Source of the DNA: a virus
DNA: 64,000 nt
Direction: 5' to 3' (one strand)
Virus record (IMG/VR): IMGVR_UViG_3300049846_002429
Location: 3,160-67,159 of that record
Part shown: positions 36,979-45,659 of the stretch, piece by piece
Layout: each line of letters opens with the position of its first letter
Numbering within the stretch: position 1 is the stretch's first letter
Translations under genes and position numbers: made by a program
Notes under the pieces: model-generated
Database searches by the model: none
Told to the model about the DNA's origin: nothing
The model's input: only the letters and a program-made list of their open reading frames with translations

Positions 36979-37204
36979 GGTAAGAGTTCAACTAGACGAG
37001 CTTAAGGCTGCCTTGGCTGAAATCGAAGGTCGAACAAACGATTTAAAAGTCACGATTGAATTTGATGATCGTAAACTGCGTATTTCTGCTGCTGATCGCG
37101 GTGAGAATATCGTTGAAGCCGTTCTTTATGAAGATGGCAATCTCGGCGCTCAATTTCGCTGCACAGAGCGATTAATGTTCATGAAAGATAAAAAACGTAT
37201 TTAA
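36971..37204 (+). CDS. hypothetical protein
   Basis: 77-aa ORF. Confidence 0.5.
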   Translation: MSKVRVQLDELKAALAEIEGRTNDLKVTIEFDDRKLRISAADRGENIVEAVLYEDGNLGAQFRCTERLMFMKDKKRI

Positions 37205-37207
37205 ACG

Positions 37208-37216
37208 TGGTATAAT
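37208..37216 (+). promoter_or_regulatory. extended -10 promoter TGGTATAAT
   Basis: ACGTGGTATAAT. Confidence 0.5.
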
Positions 37217-37253
37217 AAATAGAACAATAACGAACTAACAATAAGGAGAAAAC

Positions 37254-37439
37254 ATGTCTAGTTCAAATGTCACTGGTAATGCACGTAATGGTGGAAAATT
37301 GTTTAGCGACCGCGCTGTCAATTTTCTGATTGTAAACGCTGGCGTTCTTAGCGCCAAATCAATCGCCGGACGCCTTGGTCGCACGACTAAAGCTGTTCGT
37401 CGCAAAGCTGAAAAACTTGGTCTAAGTCTTTCGTTGTAA
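37254..37439 (+). CDS. 61-aa HTH protein resembling sigma-70 region 4 (own promoter and terminator)
   Basis: SAKSIAGRLGRTTKAVRRKAEKLGL; RBS AAGGAGAAAACATG. Confidence 0.5.
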   Translation: MSSSNVTGNARNGGKLFSDRAVNFLIVNAGVLSAKSIAGRLGRTTKAVRRKAEKLGLSLSL

Positions 37440-37473
37440 TTCCCTCCCAAAATAAACGAAAAGACGTAAAGAA

Positions 37474-37498
37474 GGCAGGCTCCCCCCTGCCTTTTTTA
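37474..37498 (+). terminator. rho-independent terminator
   Basis: GGCAGG-ctcccc-CCTGCC followed by TTTTTTATTTT. Confidence 0.7.
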
Positions 37499-37503
37499 TT
37501 TTG

Positions 37504-37512
37504 TGGTATAAT
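37504..37512 (+). promoter_or_regulatory. extended -10 promoter TTGTGGTATAAT
   Basis: Exact 12-mer. Confidence 0.55.
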
Positions 37513-37528
37513 ATAATGAGGAGCCTAT

Positions 37529-37795
37529 ATGTATAAAGTGGGAGACAAGGTTTCGTATTCTCCTAAAAACCACAAAGCTACGATTATTAGGGTCCTGCCT
37601 GGGGACGAATATACTATTGAGTTTGAAGATACTCAGCTTATTCCTCCACAAATGAAGGTTCCTGGCGAATATTTAAGCCGACCTTCCAGCGAGACCAACT
37701 GTCCTAGATGTGGCAAGGAATGGACAGAGACTGTTATAGGAAGAAATACGTTTTACGACTGCATACCATGCAAACTTAAAAAGGAGGATGCATAA
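37529..37795 (+). CDS. zinc-ribbon small protein
   Basis: CPRCG...CIPC; RBS GAGGAG. Confidence 0.5.
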   Translation: MYKVGDKVSYSPKNHKATIIRVLPGDEYTIEFEDTQLIPPQMKVPGEYLSRPSSETNCPRCGKEWTETVIGRNTFYDCIPCKLKKEDA

Positions 37796-38385
37796 TGGAT
37801 GAACATCAGAAGAAACCCAAAGTTCTCGTCACTAGTTTTAGTGAAAAGGCTATTGCAGATGTCATTAAAGATCTGGAAATTATTGAACATACATATCAGC
37901 CTAATCAGCCGATTTTGGTTCAAATTGACAGCTATGGTGGAGCGGTAGATGGCCTATCAATGTTGTATGATAAGCTGAAAAGCATGGACAATCCGATCAT
38001 GACCTACACTTCCAGCAAAGCTATGAGCGCAGGAGCCATTCTTTTGTCTACGGCGGCCTCTAAAAATATGCGTATGGCAAGTCCAGAGGCGGTGATTATG
38101 ATTCACGAGATTCAGTCTGGTGCTGGCGGTGACATTAAAGACATCGAAGACCAAATGGTTTATAATAAAATGGTCAACGACCGCTGGATGAAGATCTTGG
38201 CTAAGTCTATGGGCTTGAAAAGTGCCTCTGATATCAGGGCTTTAATCAAGAAAAAGGCCATTGGACACGATATCTATCTTACAGCTCAGCAAGCCTACCA
38301 GTTAAAACTGATCGATGCTGTGGGAAGTGTCAAAATGATGCCTTTTTATGGCTGGAATTTCCTTGCAATGAAGTCCGAAAGGTAG
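37795..38385 (+). CDS. ClpP-like serine protease family protein
   Basis: TYTSSKAMSAGAILLS resembles the ClpP GxASMGxxLL motif; MIHEIQSG region. Confidence 0.45.
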   Translation: MDEHQKKPKVLVTSFSEKAIADVIKDLEIIEHTYQPNQPILVQIDSYGGAVDGLSMLYDKLKSMDNPIMTYTSSKAMSAGAILLSTAASKNMRMASPEAVIMIHEIQSGAGGDIKDIEDQMVYNKMVNDRWMKILAKSMGLKSASDIRALIKKKAIGHDIYLTAQQAYQLKLIDAVGSVKMMPFYGWNFLAMKSER

Positions 38386-38392
38386 TATAATA
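38384..38392 (+). promoter_or_regulatory. promoter variant TAGTATAAT (5 nt from ATG)
   Basis: GGTAGTATAAT. Confidence 0.35.
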
Positions 38393-38397
38393 AGGCC

Positions 38398-38703
38398 ATG
38401 AGACCTGTAGGAGATATCTATTTAGATCTGGAAAAGCTCTACGATGAGCTGGTAGACGATCATGGTATGCAGATGGGCGATATGATTTATTGGCTTCATG
38501 GCCATTTAAAGATTCATCGTCCTGACTGTATCGAAGAATATGTGGCCGATGGGTCTAATCCTGAGCTTAGATATGGTCCGAAACCTAATCGTAAGAAACT
38601 TAGAAAGCAAATAGTCAAGTATCTGCGAACTTGGGAAGGCTGCAGGATGGAAACTAAAGATGCTGAAAATATATTAAAAATGATCGATAAGGAGAATAAA
38701 TGA
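38398..38703 (+). CDS. hypothetical protein
   Basis: 101-aa ORF. Confidence 0.5.
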   Translation: MRPVGDIYLDLEKLYDELVDDHGMQMGDMIYWLHGHLKIHRPDCIEEYVADGSNPELRYGPKPNRKKLRKQIVKYLRTWEGCRMETKDAENILKMIDKENK

Positions 38704-38915
38704 AAGCTTTAAATTTGATCTTACTTGCTCTTGCTGGCGCGATGCTGCTTAGCATGACTACTGGAGTGGTTTTGTCTTTAATCCTTCCGCAGGAGATTGC
38801 CTCACCTCTTCATCTTGTTTTGTCTTTTCTTATTGGATGGAATGCAAGGCAGGTAACGGAGAAGATTTTAGGATATACCCTGAAAGAAGCTCTAGAGGAA
38901 AAAAAGAGTGAATAA
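38700..38915 (+). CDS. small membrane protein
   Basis: Two TM helices. Confidence 0.45.
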   Translation: MKALNLILLALAGAMLLSMTTGVVLSLILPQEIASPLHLVLSFLIGWNARQVTEKILGYTLKEALEEKKSE

Positions 38916-39225
38916 TTTTGTAATTGGCATTGCCATTCTTATTCTTTTGAACTTATTGATTCCATACTCTCGTATGTTCGATAATTCTGGCGATGTTACT
39001 TATACTAAAGACGTTCAACCAATCATCCAAAATCGTTGCTCGCAGTGCCATAATCAAAATTGGCCAGATAAGAATTGGATGGATTACGACACTGCTTTTA
39101 AAAATAAAGATAAGATTAAGATGCGCCTTCAAAATCAATCTATGCCTCCTGGAAACACCACAAATATGACAAAAGAAGAGCGCCAAACAGTAATTGATTG
39201 GGTTGATGGTGGAGGTAAAAAATGA
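38908..39225 (+). CDS. membrane-anchored/secreted protein with a CxxCH haem-binding motif (candidate mono-haem c-type cytochrome)
   Basis: N-terminal hydrophobic segment followed by NRCSQCHNQNW. Confidence 0.4.
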   Translation: MNNFVIGIAILILLNLLIPYSRMFDNSGDVTYTKDVQPIIQNRCSQCHNQNWPDKNWMDYDTAFKNKDKIKMRLQNQSMPPGNTTNMTKEERQTVIDWVDGGGKK

Positions 39226-39404
39226 GCTTAGAAACTGAATTCTACCTTAAAATGTTAGGTGTTTTTGTAGCATCTGGCATTTTTATGAAGATCATGATGA
39301 TCATGCAAAAACGCAAAGAAGAAGAAGCAGAGCGTAAGTTTCAACAAACTATTAGAATGATTGAGCTTAGAGATCGTAAATACAAACCAAAGGACAAACA
39401 ATGA
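39222..39404 (+). CDS. small membrane protein
   Basis: 60-aa ORF with a TM helix. Confidence 0.4.
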   Translation: MSLETEFYLKMLGVFVASGIFMKIMMIMQKRKEEEAERKFQQTIRMIELRDRKYKPKDKQ

Positions 39405-39814
39405 ATTTGAAAAAACGACTCCTTCATATTGCTCAGAAGTTGGACGAATCTCGTCAGTATGGAAAAACAACTCTACTTGCCAAGATTACCAAAGAGTTGG
39501 GTGGGATTTTGCTTGTTCATAATTTTGACGAAGCAAGGCTGCTTGAGAGAAAACATGACATTGTTGTTAAATCCATCGATGTTGGTCTGGACGGACTTAC
39601 TGGTCCTTTTTTCTTAGACAATCACGGCGCATCTGTTCTTTTGACCAGAGCTGCCAATAAAATTGAAGCTTTGGAAAAAGAGATTGAAGAGCTTAAAACT
39701 GGCAAAAAGACAGTAAAATCTAATCTTGATTTTTTTAAATCTGATCTTGATTTTTCAGAAGAGTTGCTTGGCAAAGATATTGGTTTTGAATTTGACTATG
39801 GAGATGAGCGATGA
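39401..39814 (+). CDS. hypothetical protein
   Basis: 137-aa ORF; coiled-coil C-terminus. Confidence 0.5.
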   Translation: MNLKKRLLHIAQKLDESRQYGKTTLLAKITKELGGILLVHNFDEARLLERKHDIVVKSIDVGLDGLTGPFFLDNHGASVLLTRAANKIEALEKEIEELKTGKKTVKSNLDFFKSDLDFSEELLGKDIGFEFDYGDER

Positions 39815-40095
39815 AAACACTATATGGCGTTAAATTAACTAAAATTGAGAGCAATCACAAAAATCTTAGAACGGATACTGTTGAGGGCGTTACGGAGATG
39901 TTGCCTACAGTTGGCGAATCATTTATTTTGATCGGCAAGCCTTTGACAGAGGGCGCTATCTTTAGAACTGTTTTTACAACAGAAATCCAATTCGTAGAGC
40001 GCATGGGCAATGAAATTATGTTTAAAACTCGCAACAGCACTTATAAGGTTGAGATTATAACAGAAGATAATTTCGCTGAAGAATCAGGCCTATAG
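39811..40095 (+). CDS. hypothetical protein
   Basis: 94-aa ORF. Confidence 0.5.
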   Translation: MKTLYGVKLTKIESNHKNLRTDTVEGVTEMLPTVGESFILIGKPLTEGAIFRTVFTTEIQFVERMGNEIMFKTRNSTYKVEIITEDNFAEESGL

Positions 40096-40113
40096 GCCTT
40101 TTAAGGAAATAAT

Positions 40114-40386
40114 GTGGAAGAACTTCTGGTCATCTTTGCATGTTTAAATAGCACAGGATGCACCGAGACTTCCGGTCATTATTACAATACCCATCCACAA
40201 GTTCAAGAAATAGTAAAAAAAAGCGAAAAGATGGTCAAGCATTATGTTGGGCCAAGAGTTATTGAATCGGTAGGACCAGTTCTTATGGTTGCTGCTGGCG
40301 GCAGCGGAACAATTCGTTTAAATAGAAATTTTAGCTTGCAAGGCAACAAAAATAATGTTACACTTGGATTCACATGGGAGTTTTAG
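40114..40386 (+). CDS. hypothetical protein
   Basis: 90-aa ORF. Confidence 0.45.
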   Translation: MEELLVIFACLNSTGCTETSGHYYNTHPQVQEIVKKSEKMVKHYVGPRVIESVGPVLMVAAGGSGTIRLNRNFSLQGNKNNVTLGFTWEF

Positions 40387-41271
40387 GTGAATTTAATTGA
40401 AAGATTACACAGCAAAAATTTAATCAAACCACCAAGCTTTGTTGTCGGTGGAACCCAATATATGACCCTTATGGGTTCGATTGCATATGGAGTATCGTCA
40501 GACGCATCTGACTGCGATATCTATGGATTTTGCATTCCTCCAAAAGATTATATCTTCCCTCATTTAGCAGGCCATATTCCAGGGTTTTCAACCCAGGTTC
40601 AGGGGTTTGATCAATATCAAGAACATCATATCAAAGAAAAAGACCATAACAAGTCTTACGACTTGAATATTTATTCGATCATTAAGTATTTCAGACTGGT
40701 TATGGATAACAATCCTAACATGATTGACTCTCTGTTTACAGCACAAAATATGGTCTTAACCTCTACAAAAATTTCAGATATGGTTCGAGACCAGCGTAAA
40801 ATGTTCCTTCATAAAGGCTCGTGGCACAAGTTTAAGGGCTATGCCTATAGTCAGATGCATAAAATGAAAATCAAAGAGCCAGACCCAGATTCTGTGCGCT
40901 TTGAGATGGTCCAAAAATATGGATATGATGTAAAGTTTGCCTATCATGTTGTTCGTCTTCTAGATGAGGTCGAGCAGATTCTCATGGAAGGTGATATTGA
41001 CCTTATGAGAAATAGAGAGCAGTTAAAATCTATTCGTCGTGGGGAGTGGAAGATGGAAGATATCGAAGCTCATTTTACTCGAAAAGAAAAAGATCTAGAA
41101 ACTGCTTACGTTAACAGTAAACTTCAGCATAAGCCAGATGAGAAGAAAATCAGACAGCTTCTTATAGACTGTCTGGAAGAGCATTTTGGCGACCTTTCAA
41201 CAGCAGTAAACAAAGAAAACGATTCAACAATAATTTTAAAACAAATTAAGGAGCTAGTGAAAAACGTATGA
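40387..41271 (+). CDS. Pol-beta-superfamily nucleotidyltransferase
   Basis: GSIAYGVSSDASDCDIYGF (GS...D.D); GTG start with GGGAG RBS. Confidence 0.55.
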   Translation: MNLIERLHSKNLIKPPSFVVGGTQYMTLMGSIAYGVSSDASDCDIYGFCIPPKDYIFPHLAGHIPGFSTQVQGFDQYQEHHIKEKDHNKSYDLNIYSIIKYFRLVMDNNPNMIDSLFTAQNMVLTSTKISDMVRDQRKMFLHKGSWHKFKGYAYSQMHKMKIKEPDPDSVRFEMVQKYGYDVKFAYHVVRLLDEVEQILMEGDIDLMRNREQLKSIRRGEWKMEDIEAHFTRKEKDLETAYVNSKLQHKPDEKKIRQLLIDCLEEHFGDLSTAVNKENDSTIILKQIKELVKNV

Positions 41272-41391
41272 GAACGATAGACATTTATGTTGCTGTTATA
41301 GACACATTAATCCTTCTTTTGCTGATCGGATGGTCTTACATGGATAGGCACAATTTATATATTGAAAAGAAAAAAAAGAGGAGAAAATAAG

Positions 41392-41787
41392 ATGATTCTG
41401 TTCGTAGCATCAAACCCATCAAAACTTAATACAGACCCAACAATTGCAATGGTAGGCTCTAAATCAGAGAAAACCTTCAATAGCTGGGCAGAATACCTAT
41501 CCAACCACACTAGAGATTTTGTTGTTATCAACGCTTCCAATAAAGTTTTAAAAGACGGAGAAGTTCTTAAGGTTGAGGATATTGATTTTGAAAAGCTTAT
41601 TCGATGGACACATGATAAGTATATCACTAAGATCGTGGCGTTAGGAAATGTGGCTTCAAAAGCTCTTTCTTATGTTGGAGCTGAGCACTATAAGTTACCA
41701 CACCCAAGCCCTCGAAATCGTTTCTTAAATAACACTGAGCAGGTTGAGGCGGTTTTAGAAAATTGCAAACAGTGGCTGGAGACATAG
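41392..41787 (+). CDS. uracil-DNA-glycosylase-superfamily-like protein (atypical motifs)
   Basis: LFVASNPS (motif-A-like) and KLPHPSPRN (motif-B-like HPSP); RBS AGAGGAG. Confidence 0.35.
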   Translation: MILFVASNPSKLNTDPTIAMVGSKSEKTFNSWAEYLSNHTRDFVVINASNKVLKDGEVLKVEDIDFEKLIRWTHDKYITKIVALGNVASKALSYVGAEHYKLPHPSPRNRFLNNTEQVEAVLENCKQWLET

Positions 41788-42372
41788 ATGCTTACGGCAA
41801 TGGGAGATGTTCTTAGAGAGGCACATAAGCGTGGGTGGATTACCACTCGTGACGGCAATATTTCTTTAAGGCGTAATGGTAAGTTTTACATCACACCTTC
41901 TGCTGGTAGAAAAACCATTATTCATCCAGAACACATTATCAAATTTTCAATTGAAAATAATTTGCTACAAATTCCACCTGATTTTGTGGCAAAGCCTAGT
42001 ATTGAGCTTGATATGCATTGGGGATTGCAAAGGTTACACAAAGGTACGAGGGCTGTTGTTCATCTTCACCCTACTTATACAATTGCAGCCATGTATGCTG
42101 GATTAGATCTTTATCAAATTACCAAAGAATTTCCAGAGCTTAAAAGATATACGAAAATAGGGAATACGGCTTCTTATTCTGAACCTGGAAGTCAAGATCT
42201 TGCAGAAAATGTTGTAAAAGGGTTGACGAGGCAGGGTAAATTAGCGTATGATATTATAGGAATGGACAGACATGGTGTTTGTGCTATTGGTAAGAGTCCT
42301 TGGGATGCGTTTGAGCATATTGAGCGACTCGAACATATTTGTCAAATTGTATTAGCTTCGGGGAGAAAATAA
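41788..42372 (+). CDS. class II aldolase/adducin-domain protein
   Basis: DGNISLR, YITPSAG, VVHLHPTY. Confidence 0.5.
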   Translation: MLTAMGDVLREAHKRGWITTRDGNISLRRNGKFYITPSAGRKTIIHPEHIIKFSIENNLLQIPPDFVAKPSIELDMHWGLQRLHKGTRAVVHLHPTYTIAAMYAGLDLYQITKEFPELKRYTKIGNTASYSEPGSQDLAENVVKGLTRQGKLAYDIIGMDRHGVCAIGKSPWDAFEHIERLEHICQIVLASGRK

Positions 42373-43310
42373 TGCCAACAATTACTGTATTGGTAGGGCC
42401 GCCTGGGTCTGGTAAGAGTACATTTGCTAACGATTATTGCAGAAATCATCCACTGCCTCCAAATTGCACCAGAATTAGCCAAGACGATCAGGGTAAAGAT
42501 GGCCATATGAGCCTTTTCAATAGCGCTTTGTCGGCTCGCTCAGATCTTGTTATTGATCGCATGAATTTTGATAAAAATCAGCGTGAGCGATATCTTAAGC
42601 CTGCTCGTGATGCTGGATATGCAACTAGAATCATTGTTTTTCACGTTTCTTTGAAAACGTGTCTTGAGCGTTGTGCTGCAAGAGAAAATCACCCAACTAT
42701 TCAAGATGCGAAAACGGCCAGTCAAGCTGTTAACTTCTTCTTTAGTAAATATGAGCGAGTTCAGGATGATGAGGCTGATGAGGTTATGCGAATGGGATGG
42801 GTAGATATTAGAGCACCAAAGTGTATTTGGTCAGACCTTGACGGAACTGTTGCTGATGTTGAGCATCGCCGCAGACACGTTCGTCCATCCGTTGTAGCCA
42901 CGACCCATCGTTTGGAAGACTTGCCTGCTGAGCCAGTTAAGTTTAAGCCAAACTGGAAAGCTTTTTTCGATGAAATGGAACTTGACCCAGTTGATGAGAC
43001 TGTTAGGTCGATTCTTGATGATAAATCACACACATATCCTATTGTCTATGCTACAGGTAGGCCGGATAATTACAAGCAACAGACAGAAAGATGGCTCATT
43101 GAAAATGGCCTGAGATATCCAGGCTCTTCGCTGTTTATGCGTATGCGTAACGATATGCGTAGAGACGATATTGTTAAAGAGATCATTTTGGAATTTGAAG
43201 TAAAAACAAAATATAACGTATTCTTTGCCCTTGATGATAGAGATCAAGTTGTAAAAATGCTTAGAAAACATGGCGTAAAAGTTTTACAATGCGCCGAAGG
43301 AGATTTTTAA
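42372..43310 (+). CDS. polynucleotide 5'-kinase/3'-phosphatase (T4 Pnk-like)
   Basis: N-terminal P-loop VLVGPPGSGKST; C-terminal HAD motif IWSDLDGTVAD. Confidence 0.65.
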   Translation: MPTITVLVGPPGSGKSTFANDYCRNHPLPPNCTRISQDDQGKDGHMSLFNSALSARSDLVIDRMNFDKNQRERYLKPARDAGYATRIIVFHVSLKTCLERCAARENHPTIQDAKTASQAVNFFFSKYERVQDDEADEVMRMGWVDIRAPKCIWSDLDGTVADVEHRRRHVRPSVVATTHRLEDLPAEPVKFKPNWKAFFDEMELDPVDETVRSILDDKSHTYPIVYATGRPDNYKQQTERWLIENGLRYPGSSLFMRMRNDMRRDDIVKEIILEFEVKTKYNVFFALDDRDQVVKMLRKHGVKVLQCAEGDF

Positions 43311-43591
43311 TGGAAAGTTTTAAATTTGATGGCTCAGATTATGTGCCCAAAAGAGACGATGTAAGATTGTCGGTCCAATATCTTCGTATTTTTGAATTGA
43401 TGAAAGACGGAGTTTATCGCACGTTGCTAGAAATTGAGCAGAAAACAGGAGACCCACAGGCTTCTATTTCTGCCCAACTTAGACACATGAGAAAAGAGCG
43501 TTTTGGCTCACACGTTATTAATAAAATTTATTTAGGAAAAGGATTGTATCAATACCAACTTATTGTAAATGCAGGAGGCTCTAATGTTTGA
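43310..43591 (+). CDS. small winged-helix-like DNA-binding protein
   Basis: RBS GAAGGAG; TAATG coupling. Confidence 0.4.
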   Translation: MESFKFDGSDYVPKRDDVRLSVQYLRIFELMKDGVYRTLLEIEQKTGDPQASISAQLRHMRKERFGSHVINKIYLGKGLYQYQLIVNAGGSNV

Positions 43592-44822
43592 AAACGTAAA
43601 ACTTAGCTGGTTTAAAAAAGCTGCAAAATTGGAAGAGGGCGTTGCCGATATCAGCGCCGGACCATCTGGCGAGCAAGAAGAGCAAACAGATTCTGGCTCA
43701 ACCTACAAAGTTCCTCTGACTAAGATCTTGGCCATTGAGCCGCATCCTAATGCAGATCGTCTTGAGTTGGCCACTGTTTATGGGTTTCAGGTTATTGTAA
43801 AGAAAGATTCGTATAAGGTCGGCGACTCCATGATTTACATTCCTATTGACTCTATCTTGCCTAAGAATTTGGAAGACTCTCTATTTCCTGAAGACTCCAA
43901 GGTTAAATTAAATAAGAGTCGAGTTAGACAGATTCGCCTTCGTAAGATCGCTTCTCAAGGCATGTTGATTTCTCCAGAAGAGATTAAGGCTGTATTTGGA
44001 TTTCTACCCAATGAAGATGAGCGTGATTATTCAAAAGAATTGCAAGTTAAGAAATATCAGCCGCCTGCTCCAAAGTTTCAATCAGCGATGACCGGAGCGC
44101 GAAAGGTAAAGCCATTAGAAAATCCTTTATTTCACAAGTATAATGGTCTAGATAATATAAAATGGTTTCCCACACTGTTTAAAGATGGTGAAATCGTCGT
44201 AATGCAAGAGAAGATTCATGGTACGAATGCGCGAGCAGGAAAGCTTCCTTTTGTCGCAAACAATCTTTGGAAAAAGATTAAAAAAGCGCTTAAACTAGTT
44301 CCGGCCTTTGAATTCTGCTATGGTTCTAACAACGTACAACTTCAGGAGCGTCAGGGCTATACAGGTTTTTATGGAGAGGATATCTATGGTAGGGTTTTTA
44401 AAGCGATGGATGTTGAGTCTAGGCTTAAAGATGGCGAGACCATTTTCGGAGAAATCTATGGAGAGGGTATTCAGAAGGGATACAATTACGGTCTCAAAAA
44501 CGAACAACGATTCATCTTATTTGACGTTAAAGTCCTCGACTATGAAGGAAAACAGCGCTGGCTAGGCCCAGACGAGGTTAAGGCGTTTGCAAAAGAGCGC
44601 GGCTTTGATTTGGTGCCAGAAGTCTACAGAGGCCCATTTTCACTGCCACTGGCTAAAGAATTGACAAAAGGCGACTCTATACTGGCTCCTTCTCAGAAGG
44701 TTAGAGAAGGCGTGGTAGTTAAGGCTCTACATGGTTATAGCGATGAACGTGGTAACAATAAGGCTTTAAAGGTGATTTCAGAGGCTTATCTAGATAATGC
44801 CGATAACACGGATTTCCATTAA
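43584..44822 (+). CDS. RNA ligase, Rnl2 family (nucleotidyltransferase motif I KIHGTN)
   Basis: EKIHGTNARAG matches T4 Rnl2 motif I; EGVVVK resembles motif IV; AGGAGG RBS 5 nt before internal ATG. Confidence 0.6.
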   Translation: MFENVKLSWFKKAAKLEEGVADISAGPSGEQEEQTDSGSTYKVPLTKILAIEPHPNADRLELATVYGFQVIVKKDSYKVGDSMIYIPIDSILPKNLEDSLFPEDSKVKLNKSRVRQIRLRKIASQGMLISPEEIKAVFGFLPNEDERDYSKELQVKKYQPPAPKFQSAMTGARKVKPLENPLFHKYNGLDNIKWFPTLFKDGEIVVMQEKIHGTNARAGKLPFVANNLWKKIKKALKLVPAFEFCYGSNNVQLQERQGYTGFYGEDIYGRVFKAMDVESRLKDGETIFGEIYGEGIQKGYNYGLKNEQRFILFDVKVLDYEGKQRWLGPDEVKAFAKERGFDLVPEVYRGPFSLPLAKELTKGDSILAPSQKVREGVVVKALHGYSDERGNNKALKVISEAYLDNADNTDFH

Positions 44823-44843
44823 TTTGACACTGCAGGGGAATTG

Positions 44844-44852
44844 TGGTATTAT
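44844..44852 (+). promoter_or_regulatory. extended -10 promoter TTGTGGTATTAT (6 nt from ATG 44859)
   Basis: Motif overlaps the TTG-initiated upstream extension of the ORF. Confidence 0.4.
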
Positions 44853-44858
44853 AGAAGT

Positions 44859-45659
44859 ATGAAAGTAAACCTAGTTGGAGACATTACAGGATTTTTTGAA
44901 AGCTTTAAGGCTTTGATGGGCCAAATGCCCACCGGAGAGCTTTGGGCTTTGGGAGACCTTGTTGATCGAGGTCCTGGCTCTAAACAGGTACTAGATTACT
45001 TTATTGATGGCAAGCACAATTCTGTTATGGGCAACCATGATCACATGATGCTTTTTGAAAGCATTCGTAATAATTCTGACGTTAACTCTAGACTTTATCC
45101 GTATGGATGCTGGATTGCAAATGGTGGAGATGAGACCACAAAGAGTTTTGGCTTTAAAGAGTGGTATGAGTTTGATTCTGCAAAGATTGATAGTAAATAT
45201 TTTGAGTTTCTAAAAAATATGCCTCTACAAGTAGACATAGGCGCTCTTAAGTTGACACATGCTCCTATTAACGATAAAAATAATAAAAGAGCTTTTGATT
45301 TGAAGGAGATAAACAAAGACCCCTATTTGATTGATAAGAGTATTTTGTGGAACCGTCTTCCTCCTAAAAAGATGGAAGGAAAATTTCAGGTTTATGGACA
45401 CAATTCTTCCAAGGGGATATTGTGGCATACAAATAAATTTCCTCAAGGAGTTTACATGGCAGACCCTTTTGAGGTTCCAGAAGGAGCTTGGGGAGTTTGT
45501 ATAGATACTTGGGGTAGAGGATATTTAACTGGACTGCACATCGACACCGTTTTGTTGGCAGACCCGAAACAGGCAATAACCGTATTTAAACAACCTTTTG
45601 TGAATTCTGATGTTGCTGCTATAGAGGAAATGATATGGAAACAAAAACAGAGGAAGTAA
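44859..45659 (+). CDS. Ser/Thr-phosphatase-type metallophosphoesterase (lambda PPase/ApaH-like)
   Basis: VGDITG, LGDLVDRGP, GNHDHMM; start ambiguous (TTG 44841 versus ATG 44859). Confidence 0.6.
   Translation: MKVNLVGDITGFFESFKALMGQMPTGELWALGDLVDRGPGSKQVLDYFIDGKHNSVMGNHDHMMLFESIRNNSDVNSRLYPYGCWIANGGDETTKSFGFKEWYEFDSAKIDSKYFEFLKNMPLQVDIGALKLTHAPINDKNNKRAFDLKEINKDPYLIDKSILWNRLPPKKMEGKFQVYGHNSSKGILWHTNKFPQGVYMADPFEVPEGAWGVCIDTWGRGYLTGLHIDTVLLADPKQAITVFKQPFVNSDVAAIEEMIWKQKQRK

Noticed and set aside
39401-39814. P-loop NTPase call for the 137-aa protein (YGKTTLLAKI)
   Set aside because: The motif lacks the leading glycine of GxxxxGK[ST] and the protein is too short; left as hypothetical.
44841-44858. 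TTG-initiated N-terminal extension MWYYRS of the phosphatase
   Set aside because: The codons spell the promoter motif TTGTGGTATTAT, so it is more likely a promoter with the gene starting at ATG 44859. Kept as an alternative in the feature note.
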